Origin: Phoronis australis
Taxonomy: Eukaryota; Animalia; Phoronida
Length of the DNA: 64,000 nucleotides
Assembly: GCA_002633005.1 (NCBI GenBank)
Contig: NMRA01000165.1
Location: forward strand, 285,958-349,957
Reading direction: 5' to 3'
A program made the translations under genes and the position numbers. Below are positions 23,019 to 36,368 of the stretch, piece by piece. Positions within the stretch are counted from its first letter, which is position 1. Each line of letters begins with the position of its first letter. Below the pieces are notes generated by a model that ran no database searches, was not told where the DNA came from, and worked only from the letters and a program-made list of their open reading frames with translations.

Positions 23019-26000
23019 TCATTTAGGCATTACAATTCGTGGTAATTTCACTACTTTCTCTTGAGCTCCGTTTTTCTTAGTGACGTCATAACCCGTTTGC
23101 TTTTGCATCAGTTTCGCTTCGTCTTCAGTCCACGTCCAAGTTCGATCGCCGTTACTGTTGTGACGAAGGGTGGCAGGAAGTAAACCGGCCGCTCCACTTT
23201 CGATTTGTTTTCTTATCTCCGGCAAGGAGTAATAGCAACTCAACTTTTGAGAGGAGGCGAGCAGTTCTGAAAGAGAACAGAAAGAAGTTTACGTAATTCG
23301 TGCATAATTATTCGAGTGCAAACGTGATGACGGTAGAGACAAAAGGCATAGTTGGTTCTGTTTTTTTTTTGAAACTCGAGTTGGTGGTAAGGATGTTTAG
23401 TTGCTAACCTTTTCAAAAAAGAATCTACCTGAGACGAGATAACTGATACGAATGTTTTGTACTCGCCCCCTTGAAAAGTCATGGCGTTTCAAACCTTGCT
23501 TACGTGCCTTATTTCAGTTTTGAAAAAACAGAAACACGAGACCTTGACTGAAATGTATGCGGGCAGGCTTTTTGTCGGTGAGCGCAGGTCTCAAAATCGG
23601 TCGGGTAGAAACCAGACACATGCTTTTTTGGCCATAGTCGAAAGGCTCGTAATGATAGACCTGAAGTTCATACTATCACTTTCTGTCCCAATCGATGTTA
23701 ATGCAATACTAGAAAGCGTTACTTGACCGATTTGAGCTCTTCATACCTTTATCGTACGGGTTGTAGGGCCCTAGTCGTTGGATCTCCTTTGTAATACTTT
23801 TGGCGCGACGTTTCGACACTCCTTTTCTGGGCATGGCTGTGTACTCAGTGGGATGGCTGTATTTCTCCGATTCCGTATACCTCGCTTTGAATTTATAGTT
23901 TTCATAGAACTCTTCCTCACATTTGTCCAACTTCAGTTGTAGATTAAACAACAGATTCATGCTTGCTAACCTCGTCTGTTCGTCGTCAAGGATTGTTCTG
24001 TTTAATCTTTTCCGCTTTGCACTGTTTGGCGGAACACGTAATGCAGGAGGACTCGTCGTCTCGTTACGTATTGAAATCTCTTTGGCAAGTTTCCTTAACT
24101 TCTCTTTATATCGTTTTCTCTCCTCTTTGTCGTGTTTCTCTTTGCTGTTGAACCTAGTAGCAAGTTTTTTCATTGTTAGAATCTGCCCTATATTCTCTGT
24201 TGCATTCACCGATCCTCTAACCGTAGCTGGTCTGTGCTCATCAGGGTTATAACTGTTACAAGAGAATATCTCTGACATGGCCGATATGTTTGTGATGCAA
24301 GTTGGTTTGGTTGTATCCGTCTTGCCATCTTCTAGAGTTTGACATGAATCGTGCTTTTGGTGTGGCACACCATTTGTCCTGTTCTTGTCGGCAGTTCCCT
24401 GAAGGTACGAGACTAAGCCTCGTGACACGAAAGCGCTGCCATCCAAACGAATTTCACTTTCTTTAATTGGTTTAAGCTTCGGCAACTGATGTTTCATAGA
24501 ATGCCTAAGTTTTAGCAGACTGTCCTTGTAGTTGGGTTTATGTTCACCCCTGAAGTCTTGCTGACCGTCAATAGTTTTTATAGAAGGAAAACTTACGTTC
24601 TTTCTAGCGAGTTGACGACTCCACTGCACGTCACGCGGCTCAGCGTATGAATATTCACGATACATCTGCGCCCTTCTTTTTCCCGTTTCGTCCCACCCTC
24701 CCTGAACCTTATTCACGATTTCTCTCCGTTTACCATTTTTGTCAATTTCCGTCCGAGATGTTGTGATTGTCACTTTACCAGACCAGGTTTGGACGTTTTG
24801 TGAAACTCCAATTTCCATTTCAAGTCCTGAGTCATCATCCTTTGATGAGCGACCACTTAACTGTTCGTCATCCTCTCCATCCTCTTCACCGGAGTAGTAA
24901 TGCATACTATCGGCGCTCGGTATTTCCACAACCGGCGGCTGAAGTGAAGGACTATTTCTAAACTGTTCGAATATCTTACTTGAGCTGCCTAGTATTCGAA
25001 GGTCTAAACTTTTGTATGGAAGTGATTTAAAAGCATCTCGTTTCTCAAACTTACGGAGAAGTAAATGGTAACAGGCACTTGCTTGATCCACGCCATTTTG
25101 TTTCACAGATTCCCTTACTTCCTTTTCGTTGAACTTGAATTGTTTCGCCATGTAAGTGATCACGCTTTCGTTGATGTTATTCGCAGGTAATGTCGGCTTA
25201 TCGTTCCACGTAGTTGAAGAAGAGCTCTTCCCAGCTGTGACCCAGCTGTGGCGTATAAGTTTGCTCATATTAATGCGCTTGTCTTCATTGTGCTCTATCA
25301 GCTGACGTAACAGATCTTGGCAATCTAAAAGAATTGATGGTAGTGTTTTACACGACTGAGAGATTGCCACTACTGAAAGTTGATGGAATTTTCGTGTCAT
25401 GGGTAGTTTCTGTCCAACTGACCTCGTTAACTTAGTGTTGTCTATACCGACAAGCCAGGACAAAATCCATTGATAGAATTCTGTGGACACGTCATTCTGA
25501 AATTATCTAAGGCTTAAATCGGAAATTTCGCCTTGCTCTTTAAACAACTGTTTGAGAAAACTATCGAGTTTGAATTCGATGCAGCAAAGTAGGCTTATAC
25601 TTCAACTTACAAGTTGCACAGATAGTTTAAACTTTGGTGCTCTAACGATTACCCGGTAAAAATCGTATTCAGGGATAGCGAAGGTGGAGCGCAAAACTTT
25701 AGCCTTAAGTCAGGTTCCTTGAAACAACTCCTAATTGTTTTAGTTGAGTTAGGGTTGACTTTGGTGTAATTCCTATTGCTGACCTTTTGATAAAGATGGC
25801 GCCGGCTGGTAGCAGTTGGATGCAAACCAACAGGGATCCGACTCTTCGTTGAATGGCAGATATCCAGTCAGCATGAGGTTCAGGTTGACGCCTCTATCAA
25901 GAACAAAGTATCCAATGTCAAAGCAGAAAGATTTTGGCAATCGATAAATCAGTTACTTTTTGATTGAATTTTAGAGGGTTGGTTTATTTTGGAAACATTT

Positions 26001-29000
26001 TGTCGCTGAATTGCTGACAACTGGGTCTTTATTTGGAAAAAGTTTGGCAATCTACCAGGCCCTAATGTCTATAGTATTTTGGCGGTTTGACAAACCATCC
26101 TCTGATCAACACTCAGGCGTATTTGGCCTTTCGTGAGACATGAACTCCTCTAAATACTGTCATTAACATAATTTTAATTATAGTTCCAGTCACGCAGATA
26201 AAATTGTCTTCGAACTCGTGGTATGTGTAAATAAATTATCACTGATTCTGTATTTATGCAGAGTTACATGATGTTAGGCCTTCAATTTCTAAATCCCTTG
26301 CTTAGTTGGCTAGATGCGCGCGCAACCGTGTTGTCTGAACTTTCATGCCTCCTGTAACTATATTACTCACAGACTCCACACGTCTCCCTTGGTACTGTAC
26401 ACGTTGTTGCTGGTATGTAACAGTTCAGGGGCGATGAATTGGCTGAAGTCCCAACGTTCGTGATCTGAATGGGAGTATGTTAAAAGTTGGTGGCGGTCGC
26501 ATCGAAATCCTACAAAAGTTAATATAGAGTGCACTTGCAGTAAACTTTGACAATCGCCTTTTTACTTTGGAGAGATACAGACGAATGGTTAGGCCTACTT
26601 TTGTTGCACTGTCATGCCCACATGAATTGGGTATCACGTGGACGTTTTGAACGTTGATTATAATCATGGTGATAAGATTTAATGACACACGATTTAGGAA
26701 AAGGAACTATACTCGGATGTGCGCCTGTAGGTCCGTGACGTAAGAATTGCTCCGTGTCGACTCCAGCAAAACACTCACTGAAAATAATACATTGTGTTCA
26801 CATGTTAAATGAGATATTGAAACTGTGTTACGTAAGCGGTTAGAACTTTGATCAGGCCAATAGCCGGTTTAATAACGACGACTTTGAGGGCGCTCTGAAT
26901 TTGTTCCCACCGGCAATCTCCACTGCGCTAAAACCACCGACTGGGACAAAATGAAGTGAAGTCAAAGTGCAACAGTTTCAAGGTAGACAATTTTGCTCTT
27001 TCACGGCCCACACGGGTGTTCTCATTTCTTATTTCACATTAATACGAGCTGTAGTTCTTTTTCACCAATCTTAATTCAGTTCTTACGGGCTTAATTCTTT
27101 CTCATTGAACTCTTCTCGTTTCGCAAGGGACAGGAGTTACACGTGCTTGGCAATATGTAACACGTTCTTGGTGCAATGTATCAAATCGGTCCAAAACTGG
27201 GAACATGTGGTTAATGAGAAAAGAATTGTATTCGTAAAGACAGAAGTGCTAAATGTGAGAAAAGAATTGCAGTTCGTGAGAAAATAAATCGTATTAATGA
27301 GAAAGAACGCTGTTAATGAGAACGCCCTTGCGGAGCTGACTGTCTATCCTGAACGCGAACTAGCACAAACATGATTTAAATGCTAGTTTTGCTTGATAGT
27401 GCGCACATCGATTTTCAAAACTTTACAGCTTAGTAACTTACCCGTCAGTTTCACTTGGCCCTCTGAGTTGAACAGTATGTTGTCAGGTGTTATTCGTCTG
27501 TGGAGGAAGTCAGTGGATAAGTGTTTAATCAACGATTAGTTTACAGATAAGGTAGCCAAGCAAATACTTTTAAATCAAAACATAATTAAAAACTCAACTC
27601 GAAAATAAACATGTCTCAACGGACTACGAGGCAGACAGATTATCTTCTGGATACAAAACTTATTTGAGAATCAAAAAAGGATTTCGCCGCCGCGGCCCAA
27701 TGGGAAGAAAATGTGTGATGATGAATGAATCTTGACCGTCAATCTAGCTGCATATTAATTAGTGGGAGTTAGTAACAATACTAAATACAGAAATTCTATT
27801 TATGTCTAAGCTATTTCTATTAGTTTCATTATAGGACTGAACTGACGTAACGGCATGCGTGTTAGTAATAAACGTGTAGATTTTCTTATGTGGCTGTAAT
27901 GGGTTTTCAGTCAACTCGGAAATAGTGTTAGCTGCAGAAACAAAAACACCTTTGATTAGCAATTGCCGTGTTATGAGAGTTACTATATTTTTGTTAGCGT
28001 TAAAATAATTAACTTCGTTTGCTGACGAAACAACGACTTGAAGCAAACTGAAGCGACCAAAAACATCACGCGTAGTGACCAGTCCTACAACGTGGCCACT
28101 GTAAACAGGAAATAATTCTTGTCTTTGTAGACTCGTACTCGTAAGTATCCCCGTCATAAGTCACACCTACATACAACCGGTGTCCACTGAAACTCTCACC
28201 TGTGCACGACACCTCGTCGGTGAAGGTATTCTATGGCTGAGACCAACTGGCGAAATATATGTCCCGCTTCTCGTTCATCAAAGCCAGATCTAAAACAACA
28301 AGTAGTTAAGAAGTGTTAATAGTGAATACCCCCAACATCGTTAGCCAAACGAAAGTAAAGAAAATAGCAGACCAAATACATTGTACACATGATATCAGAT
28401 AGTTACGGAACCCTCACTGCGCTGTGTGTAACATGAGTTATCCTATTACAGTTCTTTAGCTATTGAACTCAGGGTAAGTCAATTACAGGGACATTTCGCT
28501 GCTGTTTAGCTGTCAATGCTGAATTCTTAATCGAAGCGCTTTGTTGTTAAAAACAATGTTACACTCATCCGAAATTTATGTTGTTGCCGAATGAGCCGGC
28601 AACTGGTCGCATGGCAATGCATACATTCGCCATTTTAGAATTCGCAATTTTAGTGTTGGCCAACCCTTTTTTGTTGGCAACGAAAATAGATTCCTATCAC
28701 GGTAAGGAATATCACGAGACGGATTTTACGAGAGTAAAAGGGATAATTCGATTTTCGTTTTAGCTAAACAGAGCGAAATGTAGCTTTAACTCTTCGAAAA
28801 AAAAATCAGACTGTAACTGAAGCTCAAAAGTTTGGAACAAGTTTGAAAACTGCTAGGTTACTAAATCAGTAAATGCGACTTAAGCTTTGGTCAAGTTAAT
28901 CGAATCGCAGACTCCGTTTTCTGATGGAAGTCTTAGAGTAAAATGAAATAAAATGCTTTTTAATTAGTGGAAGGTACTGTTGATGCCAGTGTCAGGCGAA

Positions 29001-32000
29001 ATTGTCAAAATAGGGTTAATTTTATTGTTATTTTAAATAGCGAATTGACTGCAACTAATTATAATTTCATGAGTCTTCTCATTTACAGTTTTACTACATG
29101 GCATCCATGAAGCACAAAATACACGTCACGTAATATGGTGACGCAGAAAGTTTTTAAAAGGGAAATAAACTGATGGCCTTCTTTTAAAAACAACATTTTG
29201 ATCGAGGCCACTCACCTTGGTGAACACGGTCTCGTCTTTTCCCTCCCTCGGATTAGAAATGAATTTCTGACGAGCCGTACTTGCTTTAGACTTGATGAAT
29301 GAGTTGGTTTATGATGGCGGTAATTTGGTGCGCCATGATGGTCTCGTTCCCTAACTGGTCGGTATAGTTTTTAAAAAGCCCAGAAATGACTTCTGATCTT
29401 GATTAGAATTGAAAGCAGTTGCAACTGCGAACAACCTTCCGATACACTAGTGCTACGACAATTTATGAAGTGTGGGCTTGTTAACCTACTTGAGACCAAC
29501 TAAGCTTTGGTTCGTGTATTTGATTTTTTAGAAGATACGACTCTGGTTCACAGGTGAATGCAGCCTAAGATTAGCTAAACATTGTTGGATCAAGGATGTC
29601 GCAACGGGGGTCCAACCCGGTTCAGATGTGAAGTTATATATTTGCCTAAACACGAGATGCCAGTTGTCTTTTTTCTTGGTCGTGCTCGGGAGCCGGGACC
29701 CCTGTCCCCTCTAATGATCGCAGTCAAAAGCACGCGTGTACCTGAATATCAAGCATTCGGTTAACGCTCCCTTGTCGGCGATTTCCATCACCATATAGTA
29801 GTTGTTGGATGTCTCCAGGACCTCATAGAGCTTAATGACGTTTGGGTGGTGTAGGTTTCGGAGGATTGTCGATTCCTTTCTCAGGCTATGCTGGAAATGG
29901 TTGTCGTGACGCACTTGTTTTTCCTTCTTACACACAACTTTAACCGCGACCTGAAAGTGAGATGTTAACGTAGATCAATTAATTAATTTGAATTTTGATT
30001 AAACTTCTGCGTAATTGATTGAACTAGGCGACAATGTCCGATAATTTCCGGACAAGACACCAGTGGGAATAACGTATACGTGCGGACCCGATCGTGCCAG
30101 ACAGAGGAAGTTCTTGGGTTGAGCCAGTAGGGTGTCAGAGAGGCTGTATAGTTGAACGTGAGGAATGCCTCCCTGAATAGACACGGTAGGCTAGTGTTGC
30201 CTGACTTACAGCCATGGCCTTGGAGTTCCTGTGGTCTTGAATCATCGGGCAGAGGACTGACGCAATTTTCTCTGGAATTGGTCAGTTACCAATACCCGGT
30301 AGGAGCCAGGTGGCTCCTCAATGAAGTCAGGAGAAATATTGTAGTGAGTGGTTTAATTTACGATAATTTGCCAATAAAACTTGTTAGCACTGACGTGAAA
30401 CATTTCTGTTTCTACATCAACATTTAGACTGCAGTTCATGCAACTGATAGGCCTACAGACGATATTGAAATGAACTGTTGAAATACTGCATTGTTTTGCA
30501 CTGACATTCCGTTTTGAACGGTAGTGAGTGATTAATGCTCTCAGATTTTGTCCAGTGCTCCGAGTTTTTTTATTGTCATGTGGATTAGATAGAAAACAAC
30601 ACTTTAGGTGATACATCAATTATTGGTTATGAAAACACAAGACATGTGCTTGCGTTAGCTTCAAAGTGAAATCTCAATAGAATACAGCGTGAAGAAGCAC
30701 GCTTGAAAGACGACACGAGAATGCCTTCTTCTTCCCTTTGGGATTTCTGTTTGTGTCGCGTTTCTTTGGACTCGACAAACCAATGCAGCACATGTTTGTT
30801 ACTAATCGGTCGCTAACTGAACACAAGGCCCTCATATCCGCCCGTGATTTCCTCGTTTGATCAGCTCTAACGTAACGTGAATGAGTGACAGTGGTCGATC
30901 TCTGAGCCTGAACCTGGGCCGGAATAGCCAACAGCTGATTAATAATTCATAGAAATGTACGTATTGCCCCTAATGGAAGGTATCATTTGAAACAGAGTCT
31001 TGTCTCAACTGCAGTTTTTCAATGACTGTGTTTGTTTTGAATAAAAATGCATATCAAAAATTTAATGTATGTGTTTCTTAGAATTTGAATTACTTGAGTT
31101 CATGTCTTCACCCATTTTATTTTGACGTATCACTCATCGTTTGTTTCGAATGTTAGATAAACGAATCACGTTTGTTAAAATTTGAGAATCAAACCGAATA
31201 AGGAATTGTAACTTCTCAAATATTTTTAATCGCCCTTGCAATGTTTATTTAACAACGGATCGGCATGTGACGTTTTTGTGATAACAACAAAATCATTTTT
31301 ATCTTAATAATTTAACGACCACTAATGAGTTCGAGGAGATTTAGCCGGACAAGTAGTGTGTTAAAAGGATTATTCTAAATTATGCCGCCGGATTACTTAA
31401 ATCTTGCCCTTATATGATTAGCGTGACTAACGTATCAATCGACGCCTGTGGGTGAATAATGCTCATTCTCTCCTCTCAAACCGTAGGATCCAGTTTGTGA
31501 CACGGTGAGAAAGTAATTTTAAACTGTTTCTCTCAGTTAGATGCCAAAAGAACACAAAATGAATTAAGCCACGGGACCTCATAAAATCGATCTCGTAATA
31601 TTCCTTACCGTGATGGAATTTTAATACCGTCACCAACAAGAACTTCAAAACCATCAAGAATTCGGGAAACCGCTTCAGAGTTTATTGGGAATGGCCAACC
31701 CTAAAACTGCGACATAGAAAATAGCGACTGTGCACATTGCCCGTGACTTGAGTTGCTAACTCATTCGGCAATAATTCAGCATTCCTAAACCCTAAAGCGC
31801 CTCGGTCAAGATTTGAACGGTGGCGCTAAACAGCGACAAAACCACCCTTCAACTGAAAAAAACAAAGCCAGAAAGACAAAATCAATTTAGACGAACAACT
31901 CATCGGAAAAGAGTTGAATATCCTTTTAAATTATGCATTAACAAAAAACTTAGCTATAATTCTTTTAGTAAATGACTTATCAAATGTAGGTACTGGCGTA

Positions 32001-32182
32001 TGAATACTTGGTATTCGGTCGTGTAACACGTTACCAACCTTCTCTCCCGTCAGCAACTGTGTAGCGTGGAACACCTGCGACATCTTGCCCTCTCCCAGCA
32101 TGTGGCCCAATAGGTAACCACCCACCTTCTTCTGAAGTCCTTGGAAGTTGGCCTGCGCCTCATTCAACTCATTGCTTCCCAT
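23019..32182 (-). CDS. HUNK-like (AMPK/CAMK-related) Ser/Thr kinase-fold protein with UBA-like domain; predicted pseudokinase, ~857 aa
   Basis: Phase-consistent exons (minus strand): 32182-32039, 29950-29742, 28289-28200, 27497-27442, 26509-26371, 25893-25784, 25324-23747, 23266-23019 (2574 nt), plus an optional exon 29350-29216. Motifs: VGGYLLGHMLGEG, TGEKVAVK, HPNVIKLYEVLETSNNYYMVME, FRQLVSAIEYLH, IAPELL, GDVWSLGV, LTGYLPF, UBA-like ESVITYM...SACYHLL, then a long low-complexity tail. AATAAA on the minus strand at 22671-22666. Confidence 0.9.
27003..27340. mobile_element. Degenerate palindromic MITE in a kinase intron
   Basis: gggtgttctcatt...cattaatacga at the left pairs with tcgtattaatg...aatgagaacgccc at the right, with internal gagaaaagaattg subrepeats. 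Confidence 0.55.
28483..28789. mobile_element. MITE with TTAA-AG-type end (Kolobok-like, tentative), family B copy 1
   Basis: The left end ttacagggacatttcgctgctgtttagct is near-complementary to the right end agctaaacagagcgaaatgtagctttaa. An inverted, diverged copy is at ~31516-31840. Confidence 0.65.
31516..31840. mobile_element. MITE family B copy 2 (inverted)
   Basis: Contains the reverse complement of 28690-28730 (atctcgtaatattccttaccgtgatggaat) and of gccgaatgag / gctgtttagc. Confidence 0.6.
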
Positions 32183-32358
32183 TGTCTCCGTGAATCAGTT
32201 AAGTACCGAGTTTCGTAAGGAAGATGTAAATGTAACTGTATTTCTCATCTTGCTCCGAGCAGTGACAGTACGTACATGTAAAGACGTTGTTAATGAAGTC
32301 TTCACTGGATTTACTTATCTTTTCACTGGGCTTAATCGTATCAACCAAATCTCTGGAG

Positions 32359-32372
32359 GTCGCCTTGGCAAC
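32359..32372. promoter_or_regulatory. RFX X-box candidate upstream of the pseudokinase
   Basis: GTCGCCTTGGCAAC matches the X-box consensus GTNRCC(N)2RGYAAC and lies ~180 bp upstream of the ATG at 32182. Confidence 0.55.
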
Positions 32373-33014
32373 GTTTGGCGCTGCTATGATCAACTGAGGC
32401 TATATGGGGTGAATCAAAACCCGAGAGCGTTTAATACAAACGCTTGAACAAAAATGAACGTGTAACTATGGAAAAATAATTTAGTGTAATAATCGATTCC
32501 AATTTATATTCTCGGAATTCATAGTTTGTACTTGTCTTAGAGACCATTCAAAGATACACACTGTCTCTTCATTTTTTCAAATATACGCATTTAGACATTT
32601 GTTGTTTACCAATGCTAACCTTTTTAATATAAAGGCAAATAAGTAGGCCTATTTGACCGAGTAGAACGGTTTGTTGGAGGTTTTACTTTACTTTTTTAAC
32701 AAATAGTCTGAGACGTTGTGAAATCGAAAATAGCGCACTGTACTCGTTGCGTGTGACTTGCGTTGCCGGCTGATTTGGTAACAATACAAGATCCTATGAG
32801 CGTGGTAACATCAAAGCGCTTCTGTTTGTAATTCAATTATTGACAACTGAACAGCGGGAAAATGCCCATTTTTCGGTGGCTATAAGCCCGCATTCCATCA
32901 AAAAAACTTTTCACTGAGTCCAGTTACCATTATGAAATTGGTCTCAAAATCTCTTTAATAAACCAAAGATGAATTTCAAGCTTCCAAAGAACTGGCAGTT
33001 AGTTGTTGTTTGAG

Positions 33015-33172
33015 ACATGCCTCCCGTTTAGTAACGTTAGGACCTCGATAAAAAGCAAGTCTTCGCGAGATTAAGTGAGATATTACGATGTATTTCGAAT
33101 AAGAACACGTGACTTTGGCTAGAGTTTAGCTAGGTCCTAGCGTGTGTCCTAGCGCTTCTGAACACACGCCTG
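33015..33172. mobile_element. Short MITE, family C copy 1
   Basis: taggacctcgataaaaagcaagtcttcgcgagatt...taggtcctagcgtgtgtcctagcg is homologous to 51650-51808. Confidence 0.7.
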
Positions 33173-33986
33173 GCTCTCTACAAGTTGGCTTGTCATTCTA
33201 TATTAGCTGTCAATTCTTTGTTAAGGCAGAAATCATTTTTCATGGGAGCGTGGAAGTTGAGACTTTAAGTGCCATAGTTGTAAGTGGCCTTAGTCAAAAG
33301 TAATTCTCTTCTTGGACGGGACAAAGAGTTATTAGAGGTTTTAAGTAAGGCAGGGGCGAGTGTACCTTTTATTCTTTACTGCTTATAACCCTATACCCGG
33401 GATTCTGAACACTTTAATGTTCCTTTAGGGCAAGTCGTAAAAGGGTTGCAATGCGTTTCCCAAATGGCATTGTCGTGTTTTGTCGACTTTTCCAAGATGC
33501 TTAAAAACAGTGGACACCGAATTCGAAACGAAGCTCTTCACCGTGACGTCTTGCTCACCCTGTAGTCTTAACTACAACACGCGTGGGTATTTGCGTAAAT
33601 GGGGAGAACCCTGTAAGCACCACCAATTACGTGTTTAAGGTGACGATCATTGTTTAATTCAGTCTTACGGAATTGTAAGCTACCTGGCTCACGGCAATTG
33701 TGGGAAATAATTCATGTGTCAAAGATGAATTTTATGGTTTAGCCTCTATATGGCGGCAAATACAACTAAATCTGTGGGGCTCAGTTTTAGAATAGATGAC
33801 AGCTTGTTTTTTATGTAGCTGTCACATGGCAGACTTTATCACTGAAACTATTTTACACAGAAATAGTGAGCTAACTCTTTGAAAATAATTTAGTAGGTCT
33901 TATAATGTAATATCTATTGGCCACAAATTTTAACGCATTTGTAGGGCATACCCGTACAAGAAATATGAAGCACCAAAGAGTTCTTA

Positions 33987-34375
33987 AACGAGTACCATTT
34001 TGTACGTGCGTAGAAATGTGCTTTATCTACGCGTACTTTTGCTTATTTGCTTAATCTACATGTACCTTTAGTTCTTAAACGATCATCGTTCTGAAACAAT
34101 GTTAGCGGCGCCGTCATTCACGTGGTCACTTGATAAGAATCTGCAGCATTCTTCAAAAGTTGCCTTGCACCTATAGAAAGTGTTCCGCCATTTTAAGATT
34201 TAAGATCACAGGCGTGATTGGACTGTACGAATTGATTGAGAGTACGCGTTAATCAAGTAAAACTACGCGTTGATTAATCAAAAGAACGCGTTGATTAAAA
34301 GCAGAACGATGATCGTTTAAAATTAAAAGTACGCGTAGATTAAGCACACTTCTACACGTAGAAAGGTATTCGTTC
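33987..34375. mobile_element. Palindromic MITE-like element
   Basis: Inverted arms: atctacgcgtactttt / aaaagtacgcgtagat and ttaaacgatcatcgttctg / cagaacgatgatcgtttaa. Confidence 0.6.
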
Positions 34376-36368
34376 ATAATGAAATGACTTACAAATTGGT
34401 GACTCTAATGAGCCTAGTCCAGCAATAGCAAGTCATTAGAAAGTGGCCACATCTGTTGGCGAACGTGATGGATAAATCGATTTGAAAACATCCAAAATTG
34501 CGCTGTCTATTCGTATCCCACGTACTTCCTTCTTCCTTTAGCAATAAACTCCAATGAATGACAGACCACACAGTGCGCGCTCACTGTACTGCGGACCACA
34601 GGGAAAACAAACCCTTGTCATCATGCGTTATCCGTGCATCCCACTTGTATTTGGATTTTTACCCTATTTTTCAATTGTCATATTTAATTCCTTTATACTT
34701 AATTGAACTAGATAAAGAATCAAACAAAATATCGCAAAAATGGTGTCATGCAGTGTGGTGAAGAGTTGCGCTGAGCGTCTAACTGACGTGTTTAGTATTC
34801 GTTGATAACACCCAAATTTTGTTTATTTTACATTTGGTGGCTCATTTAACGTTCCTAAATCGGAATGTGCTATGCACCTGCTGTATCCCCACGATGTTAA
34901 TGTCCCTACAGGCCTGTTAACTGTCGTTGAGAAAAAAGCTTATTGCTGCGTAGTTATGGACATGGGATATTACTTTGATGATTAGGATATACGTCTTTTT
35001 ATGGTCAATAGTGGCTCGTGACTTCGTGAATTATTATCTATGGAGAGTGTCGTATGACTGATAACCGTTCAGTAGGGGTGCTTGAAACTGGTGGTAGCCC
35101 CACAGAAGTGGTATACCGGTCTAGCTGCTGCCGGGGGGGGGGGTGACTTTTCACGACCGGTTCCCTATTCAAGGATGGATTTTCTGATTAAATTTCGCTG
35201 AAAAGGGTTCACTTTGGCCGGGAATTCGAAATTCTACGAAGGTTCCTTTTTTGCACAAATCTGTAGAATAAGAATTTTTAAATTGAAACTTTTGTTGCAA
35301 TTGAGGGTGTCCTCCTTGACAACATAGCAAACTTTCTCTTGATGCGTTGGAAGTTCTTCTAAATGTTCAAGAATCCCTACCAAAGGATTTGGATTATGGA
35401 GTTAACTCCTCCAAAAGGTGGTGTTTCTGGAAAGGATCCAACGAAAGGGCGTTCAAATGGGTCACCATTTCAAGTCTTCTCTAAATCCTCCGATCTGCGC
35501 CCTCCGTCAAAAACATATTCGAGGACACCCTGGTATTAAATTGGTGAATTGTCATTATATGTGATCGCTGCGAAGTGTAACAACCTGCCCTTTAAAACAT
35601 CATTGTCAGTAACTATATGAAGGCAGGCAGTGCGTTTACGAAGATATCTAATATTCGAATACTGCATTCAGCGACGAGTCTTCCGCTTGCCCTTGGGCCC
35701 TCGTCCGTACGACAATAGAGTGCACTGACGCTGTTCAACTGACATAAACCGTGTTTACACAATGCAGCTCTGCTTTTATTCTCGTCATGTGCAAATAGAC
35801 TCAAGTTCCTGCCGTTTTATATTGGACGGGCTATTTGTGTCTTAGTTACAGTGCATCGCCGTGAAGATGGGACAGTAACACAGCGAAGGCATGTGGAGTA
35901 CTATTGATCGTGGACACTGTAAGTTTGTGCAACTGTTAGAAGTTTGTCGTTGAAGTTAACTGATGACAAGTCAGATTTAATGATATAAAAAGTAGTCACG
36001 TGACACAGCAGATAACAAATCCCTCCAGCTGGTACGACTAGGACCAATGTACCGTACTCCCTGAGGTATGACGAATCGTTGATTTACTGTTAGCATTCTT
36101 CCTGTGTTTCATAACTGGTGTTTTTTAGCTAAAGGTTATACCCGAAACGGCGGCTTACCATTGAATTATGCTTATCGGCTGTCCGGTCTGGTACAGCTGG
36201 GACTGAGTTGGTGTTCTAGGTATTACCGCACTGATAAAAAATTCCGCTCGCCATCTGGTGAAATTTATTTTTGTTCTGTTGTAGTTAGGTAGCCATTATG
36301 ATTCTCTGAAAACTGATCATCTATGGATTACTATCATGGATTAAACTACTTCGTTTTGATTTTAGGAG

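Noticed and set aside
23923-24961. Plus-strand ORFs overlapping the large kinase exon
   Set aside because: Antisense shadows of a real coding exon, with no independent features.
25325-25490. N-terminal part of the 593-aa ORF as a start
   Set aside because: Intronic read-through. The exon starts at the acceptor at 25324 (DCQDLL), in phase with the upstream kinase exons.
26713-26777. Extra kinase exon that might supply a DFG motif
   Set aside because: It is 65 nt (frameshifting) and has no DFG. Flanking exons 27442 and 26509 already join in phase.
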